A stretch of DNA of 64,000 bases, taken from NCBI GenBank assembly GCA_965205265.1, contig CBDBGH010000003.1:5120001-5184000 (forward strand), read 5' to 3'. Below are positions 39,579 to 49,793 of the stretch, one piece after another. Source of the DNA: Alphaproteobacteria bacterium (lineage in GTDB: Bacteria > Pseudomonadota > Alphaproteobacteria > Bin95). Position 1 is the first letter of the stretch. The number at the start of each line of letters is the position of its first letter. Below the pieces are notes generated by a model. The model searched no databases. It was not told the DNA's origin and was given only the letters and a program-made list of their open reading frames with translations. Made by a program: the position numbers and the translations under genes.

Positions 39579-40709
39579 ATGCGCATCCATGCCACCATCG
39601 ACGAACGGACGGCCAACAGGCCGTTCGAGCAGCGCCGGAAATCCCGCAACGGCATCACCGTCATCGACCGGGATCTGCCCGCCTTCGGCCTCAAGGTCGC
39701 GAAAGGCGGGGCAAGGTTCTTCCATGTCCTCGTCGGGGGAAGGACCGTCCGTCTCGGCTCCCCCGGCGACATGACCGCCGCCGAGGCGAGGGAGAAGGCG
39801 CTTGCCGCCATCGCGAAGGCCAGGGACGACAAGGAGGCCGGTCCCCTGTTCACCGACTTCGCAGCCGAGTTCATGCGCCGCCAGGGGCGGCGCTGGAAGC
39901 CGTCCACGAGGACAGGCAACGCCCACCTGATCGACCGCTACCTCGTCCCCTTCTTCGGTGCGATGCGCGTCCCGCAGATTGGCCGCGCCGACGTGCGGCG
40001 CTGGTTCGACGCCATGAGCGGCACGCCCGGCAACGCCAACCGGACCCTGCCGGTGCTCTCGGTGATGATGCGGCAGGCCGAGTTGTGGGACCTGCGCCCG
40101 CAGGGATCCAACCCCTGCCGCAACATGCGCCGCTACCGGACGAAGCCGAGAGAGCGGTTCCTGTCCGTGGACGAACTCAAGCGCCTCGGCTTCGTGCTCG
40201 ACCATGCCGGGGACAGGCAGGCCGCCGCCGCAATCCAGCTCCTGCTGTTCACCGGCGCGCGCTCGTCCGAGATCGCCGGCCTGCAATGGGACTGGATCCG
40301 CGATACCCGCGCGGTCCTGCCCGACAGCAAGACCGGGCCGAAGGCAGTCCAGCTTCCGCCGCCTGCAAGGGCGGTCCTCAACGCCCTGCCGCGCAGGGGG
40401 CGCTACGTCTTCCCCAACGGGAGGGGCGACGGGCCGATGACCGACCTCGGCCCGCGCTGGCGGAAGCTGCGCGGCCTCGCCGGGCTCGACGATGTGCGCC
40501 TCCACGACTGCCGCCATACCTTCGCCTCCCACGCCGTGATGAGCGGCCTCGACCTCTACACCGTCGGCCGTCTGCTCGGCCATGCCGACACCGCGTCCAC
40601 CGAACGCTACGCCCATCTCGCCGACGGACATGTCCGCGCCGCCGCCGGGCGCATCTCCGGCATCGTCCACGATGCCATGACCGGCAGCGGGAAGGAGGAC
40701 GGACGATGA
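39579..40709 (+). CDS. Tyrosine recombinase IntC
   Basis: TGARSSE, LHDCRH, LLGH and TERY motifs; GGAGG RBS. Confidence 0.92.
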   Translation: MRIHATIDERTANRPFEQRRKSRNGITVIDRDLPAFGLKVAKGGARFFHVLVGGRTVRLGSPGDMTAAEAREKALAAIAKARDDKEAGPLFTDFAAEFMRRQGRRWKPSTRTGNAHLIDRYLVPFFGAMRVPQIGRADVRRWFDAMSGTPGNANRTLPVLSVMMRQAELWDLRPQGSNPCRNMRRYRTKPRERFLSVDELKRLGFVLDHAGDRQAAAAIQLLLFTGARSSEIAGLQWDWIRDTRAVLPDSKTGPKAVQLPPPARAVLNALPRRGRYVFPNGRGDGPMTDLGPRWRKLRGLAGLDDVRLHDCRHTFASHAVMSGLDLYTVGRLLGHADTASTERYAHLADGHVRAAAGRISGIVHDAMTGSGKEDGR

Positions 40710-41890
40710 GCGGGGGCAGGCGCCGCATCCGGCTGACCGTGAAGGCCATCGCCGCCGCCAGGCCGACGGAACGGGAATACACCCTCTGGGACAAGCTGCT
40801 GGCGCATTTCGGGGTCCGGGTGCAGCCTTCGGGAGTGCGCTCCTACATCGTCCAGACCCGCGTCAACGGGCGCATGCGCAAGATCACCCTCGGCCGCTTC
40901 CCCGAACTCTCCCTCGACGCCGCCCGGCGGGACGGCGCGGCCGCGCTCGCCCGCCTGTGGGGCGGCGAGGACATGGCGCCGCCGCGCAGGACCAGGGCGC
41001 CGCTGTTCCGCGACTTCGCCGCCCGCTACCGCGAACGGCGGAAACACCGCTGGAAGCCATCCTCTCTGGAGACCTTCGACATCTACATGCGGAACCGCCT
41101 GATGCCGCATTTCGACAGGCTCCGGCTCGACGCCATCGACCATGCCTGTGTCTCGGCATGGTTCGACGCCGCCAGCGTCGACCGGCCCGGCGCGGCCAAC
41201 CGCGCCTTCGAGATCCTCCGCGCCATGCTCGCGACGGCCCGCCAGTGGGGCGACCTCGGCGAGCATGTCCCCGACGCCTGCGCCAACATCGCCAGGAACC
41301 CGCGGCGGCCGGTCGCCCGCCATCTCGACCGTGCGGAGCTCAAACGCCTCGGCGCGGTGCTGGACCGGCGCCGGGAGGACCACCCCTGGCCGGTTGCGGC
41401 CATCCGCCTGCTGACGCTCACCGGAGCGCGACTCTCCGAAATCCTCGACCTCACATGGGACGAGATCGGGGAACTGGACGAGGACGGCGCCAGCGCCCGG
41501 CTGGCCGACACCAAGACGGGCCCGAGGCACGTTCTGCTGGGCGAAGCGGCGCGGGCGTTGCTGGCCGGCCTCGCCGAATCGGCGTCCGGGGAATGTGTGT
41601 TTCCGGGCAGGAGCGGAGACGGGCCGTTGGGCAGCAACGAACTCCACTATTTCTGGACCACGACGCGCGATGCGGCCGGGATCGTGGCGGATGCGCGGCT
41701 TCATGACCTGCGACATGCGCATGCCTCGCACGCCGTCATGAATGGCGAAAGCCTGCATGTCGCAGGACGCCTGCTCGGACACCGCCGGGCCAGCACGACG
41801 AACCGCTATGTCCATCTCGACGACGCGACCCTCGGCCAAGCCGCCGAGCGGGTGGCGGTGGCGGTCGAGCGGAAGCTCCGGAGTTGTTGA
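40706..41890 (+). CDS. Tyrosine recombinase IntD, C-terminal third identical to IntB
   Basis: TGARLSE, LHDLRH, LLGH and TNRY motifs; ATGA overlap with intC. Confidence 0.92.
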   Translation: MSGGRRRIRLTVKAIAAARPTEREYTLWDKLLAHFGVRVQPSGVRSYIVQTRVNGRMRKITLGRFPELSLDAARRDGAAALARLWGGEDMAPPRRTRAPLFRDFAARYRERRKHRWKPSSLETFDIYMRNRLMPHFDRLRLDAIDHACVSAWFDAASVDRPGAANRAFEILRAMLATARQWGDLGEHVPDACANIARNPRRPVARHLDRAELKRLGAVLDRRREDHPWPVAAIRLLTLTGARLSEILDLTWDEIGELDEDGASARLADTKTGPRHVLLGEAARALLAGLAESASGECVFPGRSGDGPLGSNELHYFWTTTRDAAGIVADARLHDLRHAHASHAVMNGESLHVAGRLLGHRRASTTNRYVHLDDATLGQAAERVAVAVERKLRSC

Positions 41891-44800
41891 TTCTCCCGTC
41901 CTGTCCGCCTATGCTCCGCCTGCGCTGGGGCTCGCATGAGGGAACGGCGCATGAAGTGTTTTAGTTTGTTGACACGCCCTGCGTTCCACCTACACTTTGC
42001 CCGGAGTTTGCATCGGGGACCGGCGAGGCGTTCCTGCTGAAAGGAGAAGGGTTCATGAGAATTGTGAAGCATTGGGCGATCGCGGTCATGGCCGCCACGG
42101 CTCTGGGGCTTGCCGGCTGCGGCGGGGGCGGAAGCTCGCCGTCGACGACGACGCAGATGCCGGCGCAGACGCAGACGCCCTACCAGAAGGCGGACGCGGC
42201 CATCAAGGCGGCCACGACGGACGCTGCGGTCGACAAGGCCGTTGCCGATGCAACGGCCGGCGTTTCCGGCGAGGAGCTCGCGAAGCTTCAGGCGGCGGCT
42301 GCGGCGCGCAAGACGGTGCTGGCGACGATGGCTCGCGAGATGGATCAGAAGAAGGCGCTGATGGACGCGCTCGCCGAGGTCGACACGTCCGACCTGTCGG
42401 ACGCGGACAAGCTCGCCGCGGCCAAGGCGGCCATCGCGGCTCTCAAGGAGGCGCTGGACGATGCGGGCGACGTGAGCGATGCCAACAAGGCGACGTATCG
42501 GACGCAACTGGCCAGTGCCCAGACAGCCGTGGACCGGAAAGAGCAGATGAACGCGCTTTCGGGGGCTTCCGGAAAGCTCGACATGGCTCTTGCGGCGTTT
42601 GCGGGCGTGACGCCCACGAAGGCGCAGCTCGACGCCGCCATGGCCGCTCTCAGAGAGCTGAAAGCGGCGATCGCGGGCGCCGAGGATCTGACCGACGACG
42701 AAAAGGACCGGTATCAGGCTCAGGCGGACCGTGCGGACGCTGACGACGGGCAGATCAAGACGGCGCAGGGCCATTACCACGATCATGTTGTCAAGAACAT
42801 CGAGGGCACCCAGGTCGCGGCGGCCATGGAGGCGGTCAAGATGGTCACGAACACGTCCGGCGACGACACCGTGACGGACGCCCAGGCCGCCATCGACGCG
42901 GCCAAGGCGGAGATCGAGGGCGCAAACATCCCCGAGTCTGAAAAGGCGAAGCTTCGCTCGAAGATTGCCATGCATCAGGGCGCGCTCGACCGGGCCAAGG
43001 ACTCCCGCATGGCGGCCAAGGCCGAGGAGACCCGCATCGCCGGCGTCGTCACGACGATCACGGACGGCGAGATTAAGGCGGTCATGGACGCGATCGCCAG
43101 GATCACGTCCCTGTCCGAGGAAAGCACCGTGACCGACGTCGAAGCCGCCATCGCGGCGGCCAAGACGGCGATCGCGGACGCGAACATCCCCGAGGCCAAC
43201 AAGGAGTTGCTGCGCACGAGGCTCGCCCTGCAGGAGGACGCCTTCGGCGACGCCAAGACGGCGCGCATGGACGGGCACAGGATGGGCCGGGCGCTGTACG
43301 CGGCGATGGGTCCGTCCGATGACACAACGGCCCCGGTGAACGCGCTGAACAACCTCGCGACCGTCCCGTACTACATCACCAGTATCACCGATAGCCAGCA
43401 CGACGCCCCGGCGGAGGCGACCGGTCAGAGGGGCGAGCGGGGGGACTTCCGCATCGACCCCGCGGCCGGCGCGGGGAGCATCGCGACTGCGAACACCCAC
43501 ACCGCCGTGTACTTCAGGCACGGCGCGGAGGGGCGCCCCGGGCACGACACGACCATGGACAAGGTGGGCCGGTGGAACGTCACGCACTACGAAAGGACCA
43601 CCGGCTCCGGCAGCATGAAGGTCACCGACAAGGTCCGGGTGTACAACGACCGGCAGGGCGGCCCGCTGGAGAGATGGGGTGTCGTCCCGATGGATGCCGC
43701 GAAGTTCTTCAAGGACGACACCGACTGGATCAACAAGGGGACCTACGAGCCGTTCGTATCCGGCAACAGCGGCCCAAAACACGCGCGCAGACTGACCCTG
43801 GGCACCGGGGTCGACCGGGCGATCGCATCCGCCACGTTCGACAAGTGGACCGTCGGGATAGGGTCCGTGACCGCTCCGAAGCCGGCCGACGGGGGCGCGG
43901 AGATCAAGGTCCCCGGCACCTACTACGGCGCGCCGGGCAACTACTTCTGCCCCGCAAGCGGCACCTGCACGGTCGGGACCGGGGTCGGAGGAGGCGGGTT
44001 CGGCGGCTACTTCATGTCCGCCGACTGGTACTTCGTCCACGACGCGGGCGCGAAGGTGCTGGAAAGGGACCTCAGCTACATGTACTTCGGCTGGTGGGTG
44101 CGGAACGACGCCGACGGCATGCCGGCGGCGGTCAGCGCCTTCTACCAGTCCGTCGGCGGGGGCGTCGATCTCGCCACGGACGGCAAGAGCCTGAACGTCA
44201 ACCGAGGCAGGGCGGCGACCTATGAGGGCCCCGCGATCGGCTGGTACGCCATCAACGACCCGCTCAACGAGAAGGGCGGCGGTGGCGAGTTCACGGCGAC
44301 GGCCACGCTGAAGGCCCAGTTCGGGACCGCCAACCTGAACGCCGACACGGGCCTGACCGGCACGATCCACGACTTCAGGCTGAAAAACGGGATGAAGAAC
44401 GACTGGAGCGTGACGTTGAACAAGGCGGCCTGGACCACCGACCCCAGCTTGGCCACCGATGCCCAGAAGGGCCACATCGTCAACACGGAAAAGACGGTGT
44501 GGTCGATCAACGGCAACAAGGCGGCGCCGGCCGGGAGCTGGGTGGCCAACCTGTATGACGACAAGCCCGGCACGGTTGAGAATGGCGGCGACGGCAGCAA
44601 CCATCCGACCGCGATCATGGGCAAGTTCCAGGCCGAACACGGCGGCACCCACCGGATGGTCGGCGCCTTCGGCACGGAGCTTCAGACGCCGACGACGGAG
44701 TAGCCGCACGGGGCCGGGCTCCCGTTCATGCGGGAGGCCGGCCCGGTTCCCGGTCGTGACAAGGGTGGCGCGTTTCCTGCGCCGCCCTTCTTTTTCGATC

Positions 44801-45987
44801 GGGAGCCCGGACGGCAAGCGATGCGACAGACGCGATGAGACCTTTCCGGTTCCTTGTTCCCGTGCTGGCGGGGCTGTCGGTCCTGCTTGTTGCGGCGCCC
44901 GTCGCGCGCCCCGCCCTGGGCCAGGATGCGACCGACATGCGCTTCCGGGCCGGGATGGAGGCGCTTGCCGCCGCCGATGCCGCACCGGACCGGGAAGCCC
45001 GCGAGGGCAGGCTCGACGAGGCGGTCGCCGCCTTCCGGGCCATCCTGGTGGACCGCCCGGAGCTGGTGCGGGTGCGTCTCGAACTCGCCCGCGCCTTCTT
45101 CCTGAAGGAGGAGGACACGCTGGCGCGGCGGCATTTCGAGCAGGTGCTGGCGGGCGACGTGCCCCCGGCGGTCGCCGCCAACATCCGGCGCTTCCTCGAC
45201 ATCATCCGCGCGCGGCGGCGCTGGGAGGCGTGGTTCGGGGCGGCCATCGTCCCGGACAGCAACCTCAACGCCGCCTCGGGCGAGCGCACGGTCTTCCTCG
45301 ACACCCCGTTCGGCCGGCTGCCTTTCACCCTGGACGATCCCGCGAAGCCCGAATCCGGCCTCGGCGTCTCCTTCTGGGGCGGCGGCGAATACCAGCATCC
45401 GCTGAACGACCGCCTGCGCCTGCGCGCCGGGGCGGACGCCAGCGTCCGGGAATACAGGGGCGGGGAGTTCGACCGGCATTTCCTTGCCGCCCATGTCGGC
45501 CCGCGCTGGCTGATCGACGCCCGCACCGAAGCGAGCCTGCTGGCGACCGCGGACCGGCAATGGACCGCCGGCCGGCCCGAGACCGACAGCGTCGGCCTGC
45601 GCCTCGAAGGCGAGCATCTGCTGACGCCGCGCCTCGCGCTCTTCGCCCGCGCCGGCGCCGCCCGGCGCAACTGCCGCGGCTGCGACTGGCTCGACGGCCC
45701 GGTGGGCGACGTCTCGCTCGGCGCCAACTGGGCCGCGCTGACCATCCTGCGCCTCGGCGGCAATGCCGGCTGGAGCTGGGCCCGCGCCAGGGCCGAACAC
45801 TGGCGCAACAGCGGCCCGCGGGCGAGCCTCGGCGCCACGCTGGCGCTGCCGGCCGGCTTCACGCTCGGCCTGCGCGCCGCCCTGCAGCGCACCGACTATG
45901 AGGGCGGCGGCGCCGCCCACCGCACCATCGACCGCAAGCCGCGCCGGGACGACACGCGGACCCTCTCGGTCTCGGTCCACAACCGCG
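41505..45987 (+). repeat. Right arm of 4483-bp inverted duplication
   Basis: Mirror of 32759-37241. Confidence 0.93.
42055..44703 (+). CDS. Surface lipoprotein, Slam/T11SS cargo, copy 2
   Basis: Same as copy 1; AAGGAG RBS. Confidence 0.8.
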   Translation: MRIVKHWAIAVMAATALGLAGCGGGGSSPSTTTQMPAQTQTPYQKADAAIKAATTDAAVDKAVADATAGVSGEELAKLQAAAAARKTVLATMAREMDQKKALMDALAEVDTSDLSDADKLAAAKAAIAALKEALDDAGDVSDANKATYRTQLASAQTAVDRKEQMNALSGASGKLDMALAAFAGVTPTKAQLDAAMAALRELKAAIAGAEDLTDDEKDRYQAQADRADADDGQIKTAQGHYHDHVVKNIEGTQVAAAMEAVKMVTNTSGDDTVTDAQAAIDAAKAEIEGANIPESEKAKLRSKIAMHQGALDRAKDSRMAAKAEETRIAGVVTTITDGEIKAVMDAIARITSLSEESTVTDVEAAIAAAKTAIADANIPEANKELLRTRLALQEDAFGDAKTARMDGHRMGRALYAAMGPSDDTTAPVNALNNLATVPYYITSITDSQHDAPAEATGQRGERGDFRIDPAAGAGSIATANTHTAVYFRHGAEGRPGHDTTMDKVGRWNVTHYERTTGSGSMKVTDKVRVYNDRQGGPLERWGVVPMDAAKFFKDDTDWINKGTYEPFVSGNSGPKHARRLTLGTGVDRAIASATFDKWTVGIGSVTAPKPADGGAEIKVPGTYYGAPGNYFCPASGTCTVGTGVGGGGFGGYFMSADWYFVHDAGAKVLERDLSYMYFGWWVRNDADGMPAAVSAFYQSVGGGVDLATDGKSLNVNRGRAATYEGPAIGWYAINDPLNEKGGGGEFTATATLKAQFGTANLNADTGLTGTIHDFRLKNGMKNDWSVTLNKAAWTTDPSLATDAQKGHIVNTEKTVWSINGNKAAPAGSWVANLYDDKPGTVENGGDGSNHPTAIMGKFQAEHGGTHRMVGAFGTELQTPTTE

Positions 45988-46109
45988 CCGTGACCGTGCT
46001 CGGCTTCAGCCCCCGCCTCTCCCTCATCCGCGAGGAGCGCAAGACCAACGCCCAGGCCCTCGACTACCGGCGCAACCGCGCCGAACTCAGCTTCGTGCGC
46101 CAGTTCTGA
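44835..46109 (+). CDS. Surface lipoprotein assembly modulator (Slam, DUF560; T11SS translocon)
   Basis: Signal peptide, TPR (RVRLELARAFF), DSNLN, amphipathic beta-strands and terminal F; adjacent to a TbpB-like lipoprotein. Confidence 0.85.
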   Translation: MRPFRFLVPVLAGLSVLLVAAPVARPALGQDATDMRFRAGMEALAAADAAPDREAREGRLDEAVAAFRAILVDRPELVRVRLELARAFFLKEEDTLARRHFEQVLAGDVPPAVAANIRRFLDIIRARRRWEAWFGAAIVPDSNLNAASGERTVFLDTPFGRLPFTLDDPAKPESGLGVSFWGGGEYQHPLNDRLRLRAGADASVREYRGGEFDRHFLAAHVGPRWLIDARTEASLLATADRQWTAGRPETDSVGLRLEGEHLLTPRLALFARAGAARRNCRGCDWLDGPVGDVSLGANWAALTILRLGGNAGWSWARARAEHWRNSGPRASLGATLALPAGFTLGLRAALQRTDYEGGGAAHRTIDRKPRRDDTRTLSVSVHNRAVTVLGFSPRLSLIREERKTNAQALDYRRNRAELSFVRQF

Positions 46110-47069
46110 ACGAACCCGGCCGCGGCGCGCCGAAAGGGGCCGGCCGTCCGGAAAGGGTGGACCCGACCCGCAGGACATGCCACAACGTGTCCTGGACAGG
46201 GCCCCGGGCTCGCGGGCAGGAGGACAAGGAAGCGGCAGGCGGGAAGACCGGAAACCGTTGCAAAACAAGGGTTCCCCGGCAACCTCCCGCAACGCCAACC
46301 GGAAAGCGAAAAGGCATCACAGATGCGTCGGGTGTGACGAACCATGAACCCGACGGGGGTCAGGATGGTCGGGATTTCCCTGCACACCGTCACCGCCTGA
46401 AGCGCCGGCATCACAAAGGATTGAAGCCGTCGCGGCGATTGAGCGAAACAACCGGGCCGCAGTCTGCGAGCGCGTTCCACGTTGCCGTTCGCGAACCGCG
46501 GTAACGGAACGGGTCTCGCGGCGCTGCGGCGCGCCGTTCGTCACACCGTGCGCACCAGGCGCCGGCACGGGCGGGACCTGTTCCCGCAGCGCAGGGCGTT
46601 CGTCCCACATGGTCCATGTCTCCAGGGATCGCGTTTCACATGTTCCACAGCGCAGCAGTGAACGGCGGCAGCGACAGCATTGCCGGCTGTCGGTGATTAT
46701 CATAAAGGGCGCATATTTGCTGGCGTAGCGCGCTTTTGTGGTGCGCACGACAAACAGCGTGAGACAGGCGCGGCCGGGTTTATGACGGGGGCCGAGGACG
46801 GAAGGAGGGCGTAGCCCGACCGGAGTCCTCGGCCCCCGTCGCGTTGAGATTTTCGCCTCCCGGAGGGCGGCGACGTCCTGGCGACCGGGTTGGCCGTTCC
46901 CGGGCTGCGGCAGGGGGTAGACTGGGGCTTCTGAGAACGATGCGGCGCCGGCCCCGTTGGCTTGGTGGCAACGACCGGCGCCGCACCCCCCGAGCCATGC
47001 AAGGCGCGGCCCGGAAGCGCAGTATCGTGCGCGTCCGGGCGTGGGTCCACCCCGTTCTCATCGGTCGCG

Positions 47070-47504
47070 ATGAGGAACGCCGCCCGCCTGTTCACCTGCG
47101 CCCTGTGCCGCCGCCAGGTGGTTCTCTGCCGGCGCTGCGACTCTGGCCATATCTACTGTTCGCCGCGTTGCAGCGGGCGGGCGCGGCGTCGGTCGGTGCG
47201 CCTTGCGGGGCAGCGCTACCAGAACAGCCGCCGGGGCCGTCACAAGCATGCCGAGCGCCAGCGGCGCTACCGCGAACGGCGCCGTGTGCGGCAGCCGGCA
47301 GTTCGGGCCATCGCGCAGAAAGTGACGCATCACCCTTTGACCGTCGCGCGCCGGCGTCCTGATGTGGCGCGCATACCGGCGGGGCGGTCCGGAACCCGGC
47401 CCTTCGGGCCCGACCGTCCCGCCCGGGTGTTCCGCTGCGAGCGCTGCGGTCGGTTCTGCGGCCTGGCGGTCTATCCGGGCCTGCGCCAGGCGCGAAGGGA
47501 GTGA
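47070..47504 (+). CDS. Cys-rich basic protein upstream of istA
   Basis: CALC..CRRC..YCSPRCS..CERCG; stop 1 bp before istA. Confidence 0.65.
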   Translation: MRNAARLFTCALCRRQVVLCRRCDSGHIYCSPRCSGRARRRSVRLAGQRYQNSRRGRHKHAERQRRYRERRRVRQPAVRAIAQKVTHHPLTVARRRPDVARIPAGRSGTRPFGPDRPARVFRCERCGRFCGLAVYPGLRQARRE

Positions 47505-47505
47505 G

Positions 47506-49011
47506 ATGGCGATCGACAAGCAGACCCGTGCCGAGATCCAGCGGCTGTATTTTGCCGAGAAGTGGAGGATCGGCACGATCGCGCGCCAGCTCGGCGTCCA
47601 CCACGGCACGGTCGAGCGCGCGGTAGCGGCCGCCGGGGCGCCCGCGCGTGAGAGGCGGCGCAGGGCTTCGATGATCGATCCGTTCCGGCCCTTCATCCGC
47701 CAGACCCTGGCGGTCTGGCCCAGGCTGCCAGCCAGCCGGCTCTACCAGATGGCGGTCGAGCGCGGCTACCGGGGCAGCCAGAGCCACTTCCGGCGCATGA
47801 TCGCGCCGGAGCGCCCGCGGCCTGTGGCCGAGGCCTATCTGCGCCTCAAGACCCTGCCCGGCGAGCTGGCCCAGGTGGACTGGGCCCACTTCGGCAAGGT
47901 GAGGATCGGGCGCGCGGAGCGCCCGCTGATGGGCTTCGTGATGGTGCTGAGCTACTCGCGCCGCATCTTCCTGCACTTCTACCTCAATGCCGCGATGGAC
48001 AACTTCCTGCGCGGCCATGTCGAGGCCTTCGAGGCCTGGCAGGGCGTGCCCCGCGAGCTATGGTACGACAACCTGAAGAGCGTCGTGCTGGAGCGCCAGG
48101 GCGACGCCATCCGGTTCAACCCCCGGCTCCTCGACTTCGCCGCCCGCTACCGCTTCCTGCCCAAGCCGGTCGCGGTCGCGCGCGGCAACGAGAAGGGGCG
48201 CGTGGAGCGCGCCATACGCTATGTGCGCGACAACTTCTTCGCCGCCCGCGCCTGGCGCGACCTCGACGACCTGAACGCCCGGGCCCGCGCCTGGTGCGAC
48301 GGCGTCGCCGCCGACCGTCGCTGGCCGGACGACCGCTCCCTCACCGTGCGCGAGGCCTTCGAGCGCGAGCGCGGCTCCCTGATGGCGCTGCCCGACGACC
48401 GGCCCCCCGTCGACGAGAGGGTCGAGGTCAGGATCGGCAAGACCCCCTACGCCAGGTTCGACCTCAATGACTATAGCGTCCCGCATACCCATACGCGGCG
48501 CACCCTCACCGTGGTCGCGACACTGGAGGAGGTACGCATCCTCGACGGCGCCGACACCGTCGCCCGTCATCCGCGCAGCTTCGACAAGGCGGCCCGCATC
48601 GAGACCCCCGAGCACATCGAGGAGCTGGTCAGGCTCAAACGTCACGCCCACCGCCTGCGCGGGCAGAGCCGCCTTCTCCAGGCCGCCCCCGACAGCGAGC
48701 GCCTGCTTGCCGAGACCGCCAGGCGCGGCGGCAATATCGGCACAACCGTCGCCTCCCTGCTGCGCCTGCTCGACGACTACGGAGCCGTCGAACTCGAAGC
48801 CGCCATCGATGAAGCCCTTGAGCGCGGCGTCCCCCATCCCAATGCGGTGCGCTTCAGCCTGAACCGGCGGCGCGAACAGCGCAACGAGCCACCACCCATC
48901 CCCATCGACCTGCCCGGCGATCCAAGACTGCGCGATATCGCGGTCCGCGATCACGACCTCGGCGGATACGACGGGCTCGCAAGCCACCACGAGGAGGACA
49001 GCGAAGAATGA
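47506..49011 (+). CDS. istA: IS21 transposase IstA (element B)
   Basis: QVDWA, YDNLK and EKGRVER motifs. Confidence 0.95.
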   Translation: MAIDKQTRAEIQRLYFAEKWRIGTIARQLGVHHGTVERAVAAAGAPARERRRRASMIDPFRPFIRQTLAVWPRLPASRLYQMAVERGYRGSQSHFRRMIAPERPRPVAEAYLRLKTLPGELAQVDWAHFGKVRIGRAERPLMGFVMVLSYSRRIFLHFYLNAAMDNFLRGHVEAFEAWQGVPRELWYDNLKSVVLERQGDAIRFNPRLLDFAARYRFLPKPVAVARGNEKGRVERAIRYVRDNFFAARAWRDLDDLNARARAWCDGVAADRRWPDDRSLTVREAFERERGSLMALPDDRPPVDERVEVRIGKTPYARFDLNDYSVPHTHTRRTLTVVATLEEVRILDGADTVARHPRSFDKAARIETPEHIEELVRLKRHAHRLRGQSRLLQAAPDSERLLAETARRGGNIGTTVASLLRLLDDYGAVELEAAIDEALERGVPHPNAVRFSLNRRREQRNEPPPIPIDLPGDPRLRDIAVRDHDLGGYDGLASHHEEDSEE

Positions 49012-49793
49012 CCCTCAAGGACCGCGCCACGGCGCTCGGACTGCACGGCCTCCTCGCCCACTGGAGCGAGGTTGCGGAGCGCGACTGGCTCCCGCCCCTG
49101 ATCGCATGGGAAGAGGAAGAGAGGCGAAGCCGAAGCCTCAGGCGACGCCTCACCGCCGCCCGCCTCGGACAGTTCAAGCCGCTCGCCGACTTCGACTGGG
49201 ACTGGCCAAGGCGATGCGACCGCATGGCCGTCGAGGACCTCATGACCCTCAACTTCCTCCGCGAGGGCGCCAATGTCGTCCTCATCGGCCCCAACGGCGT
49301 CGGCAAGTCCACAATCGCCGCCAATATCGCACACCGCGCCGTCCTCGAAGGCCACACCGTGCGCTTCGCAACCGCCGCCAGCCTGCTCGGCGAGCTCGCC
49401 GCCATCGACTCCGACACAATGCTCCAGCGCAGGCTGCGCTTCTACGCCCGCCAGCACCTCCTGGTCATCGACGAAGTCGGATATCTCTCCTACTCCAACC
49501 GTCATGCCGACCTGCTGTTCAATATCGTCTCAAGCCGCAGCCAGCAGCGCTCCACCATCATCACCACAAACCGCCCCTTCGCCGAGTGGAGCGAGGCCTT
49601 CCCCAACGCCGCCTGCCTCGTGGCCCTTGTCGACCGGCTCGTCCACAATGCCGAGATCCTCGCCATCGACGGCGACTCATACCGCCGCAAGGAGGCCGAG
49701 GAACGCCAGAAGCAGCGCAGCGCCGATCGCCGCCGGCGGCGATCGGCAAAAGGAGCGGGCAAGAGCACGGCGCAAGACACGGGGGATGCCTGA
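49008..49793 (+). CDS. istB: IstB ATPase (element B)
   Basis: [13 protein letters not shown] and DRLVH motifs. Confidence 0.95.
   Translation: MTLKDRATALGLHGLLAHWSEVAERDWLPPLIAWEEEERRSRSLRRRLTAARLGQFKPLADFDWDWPRRCDRMAVEDLMTLNFLREGANVVLIGPNGVGKSTIAANIAHRAVLEGHTVRFATAASLLGELAAIDSDTMLQRRLRFYARQHLLVIDEVGYLSYSNRHADLLFNIVSSRSQQRSTIITTNRPFAEWSEAFPNAACLVALVDRLVHNAEILAIDGDSYRRKEAEERQKQRSADRRRRRSAKGAGKSTAQDTGDA

Noticed and set aside
38097-41890. 870-aa and 874-aa giant integrase ORFs
   Set aside because: Artefactual 5' extensions; RBS-supported starts are at 39579 and 40706.
34043-44703. Diversity-generating retroelement or shufflon acting on the duplicated lipoprotein
   Set aside because: No reverse transcriptase, the two copies encode identical proteins, and no short repeated crossover sites were seen.
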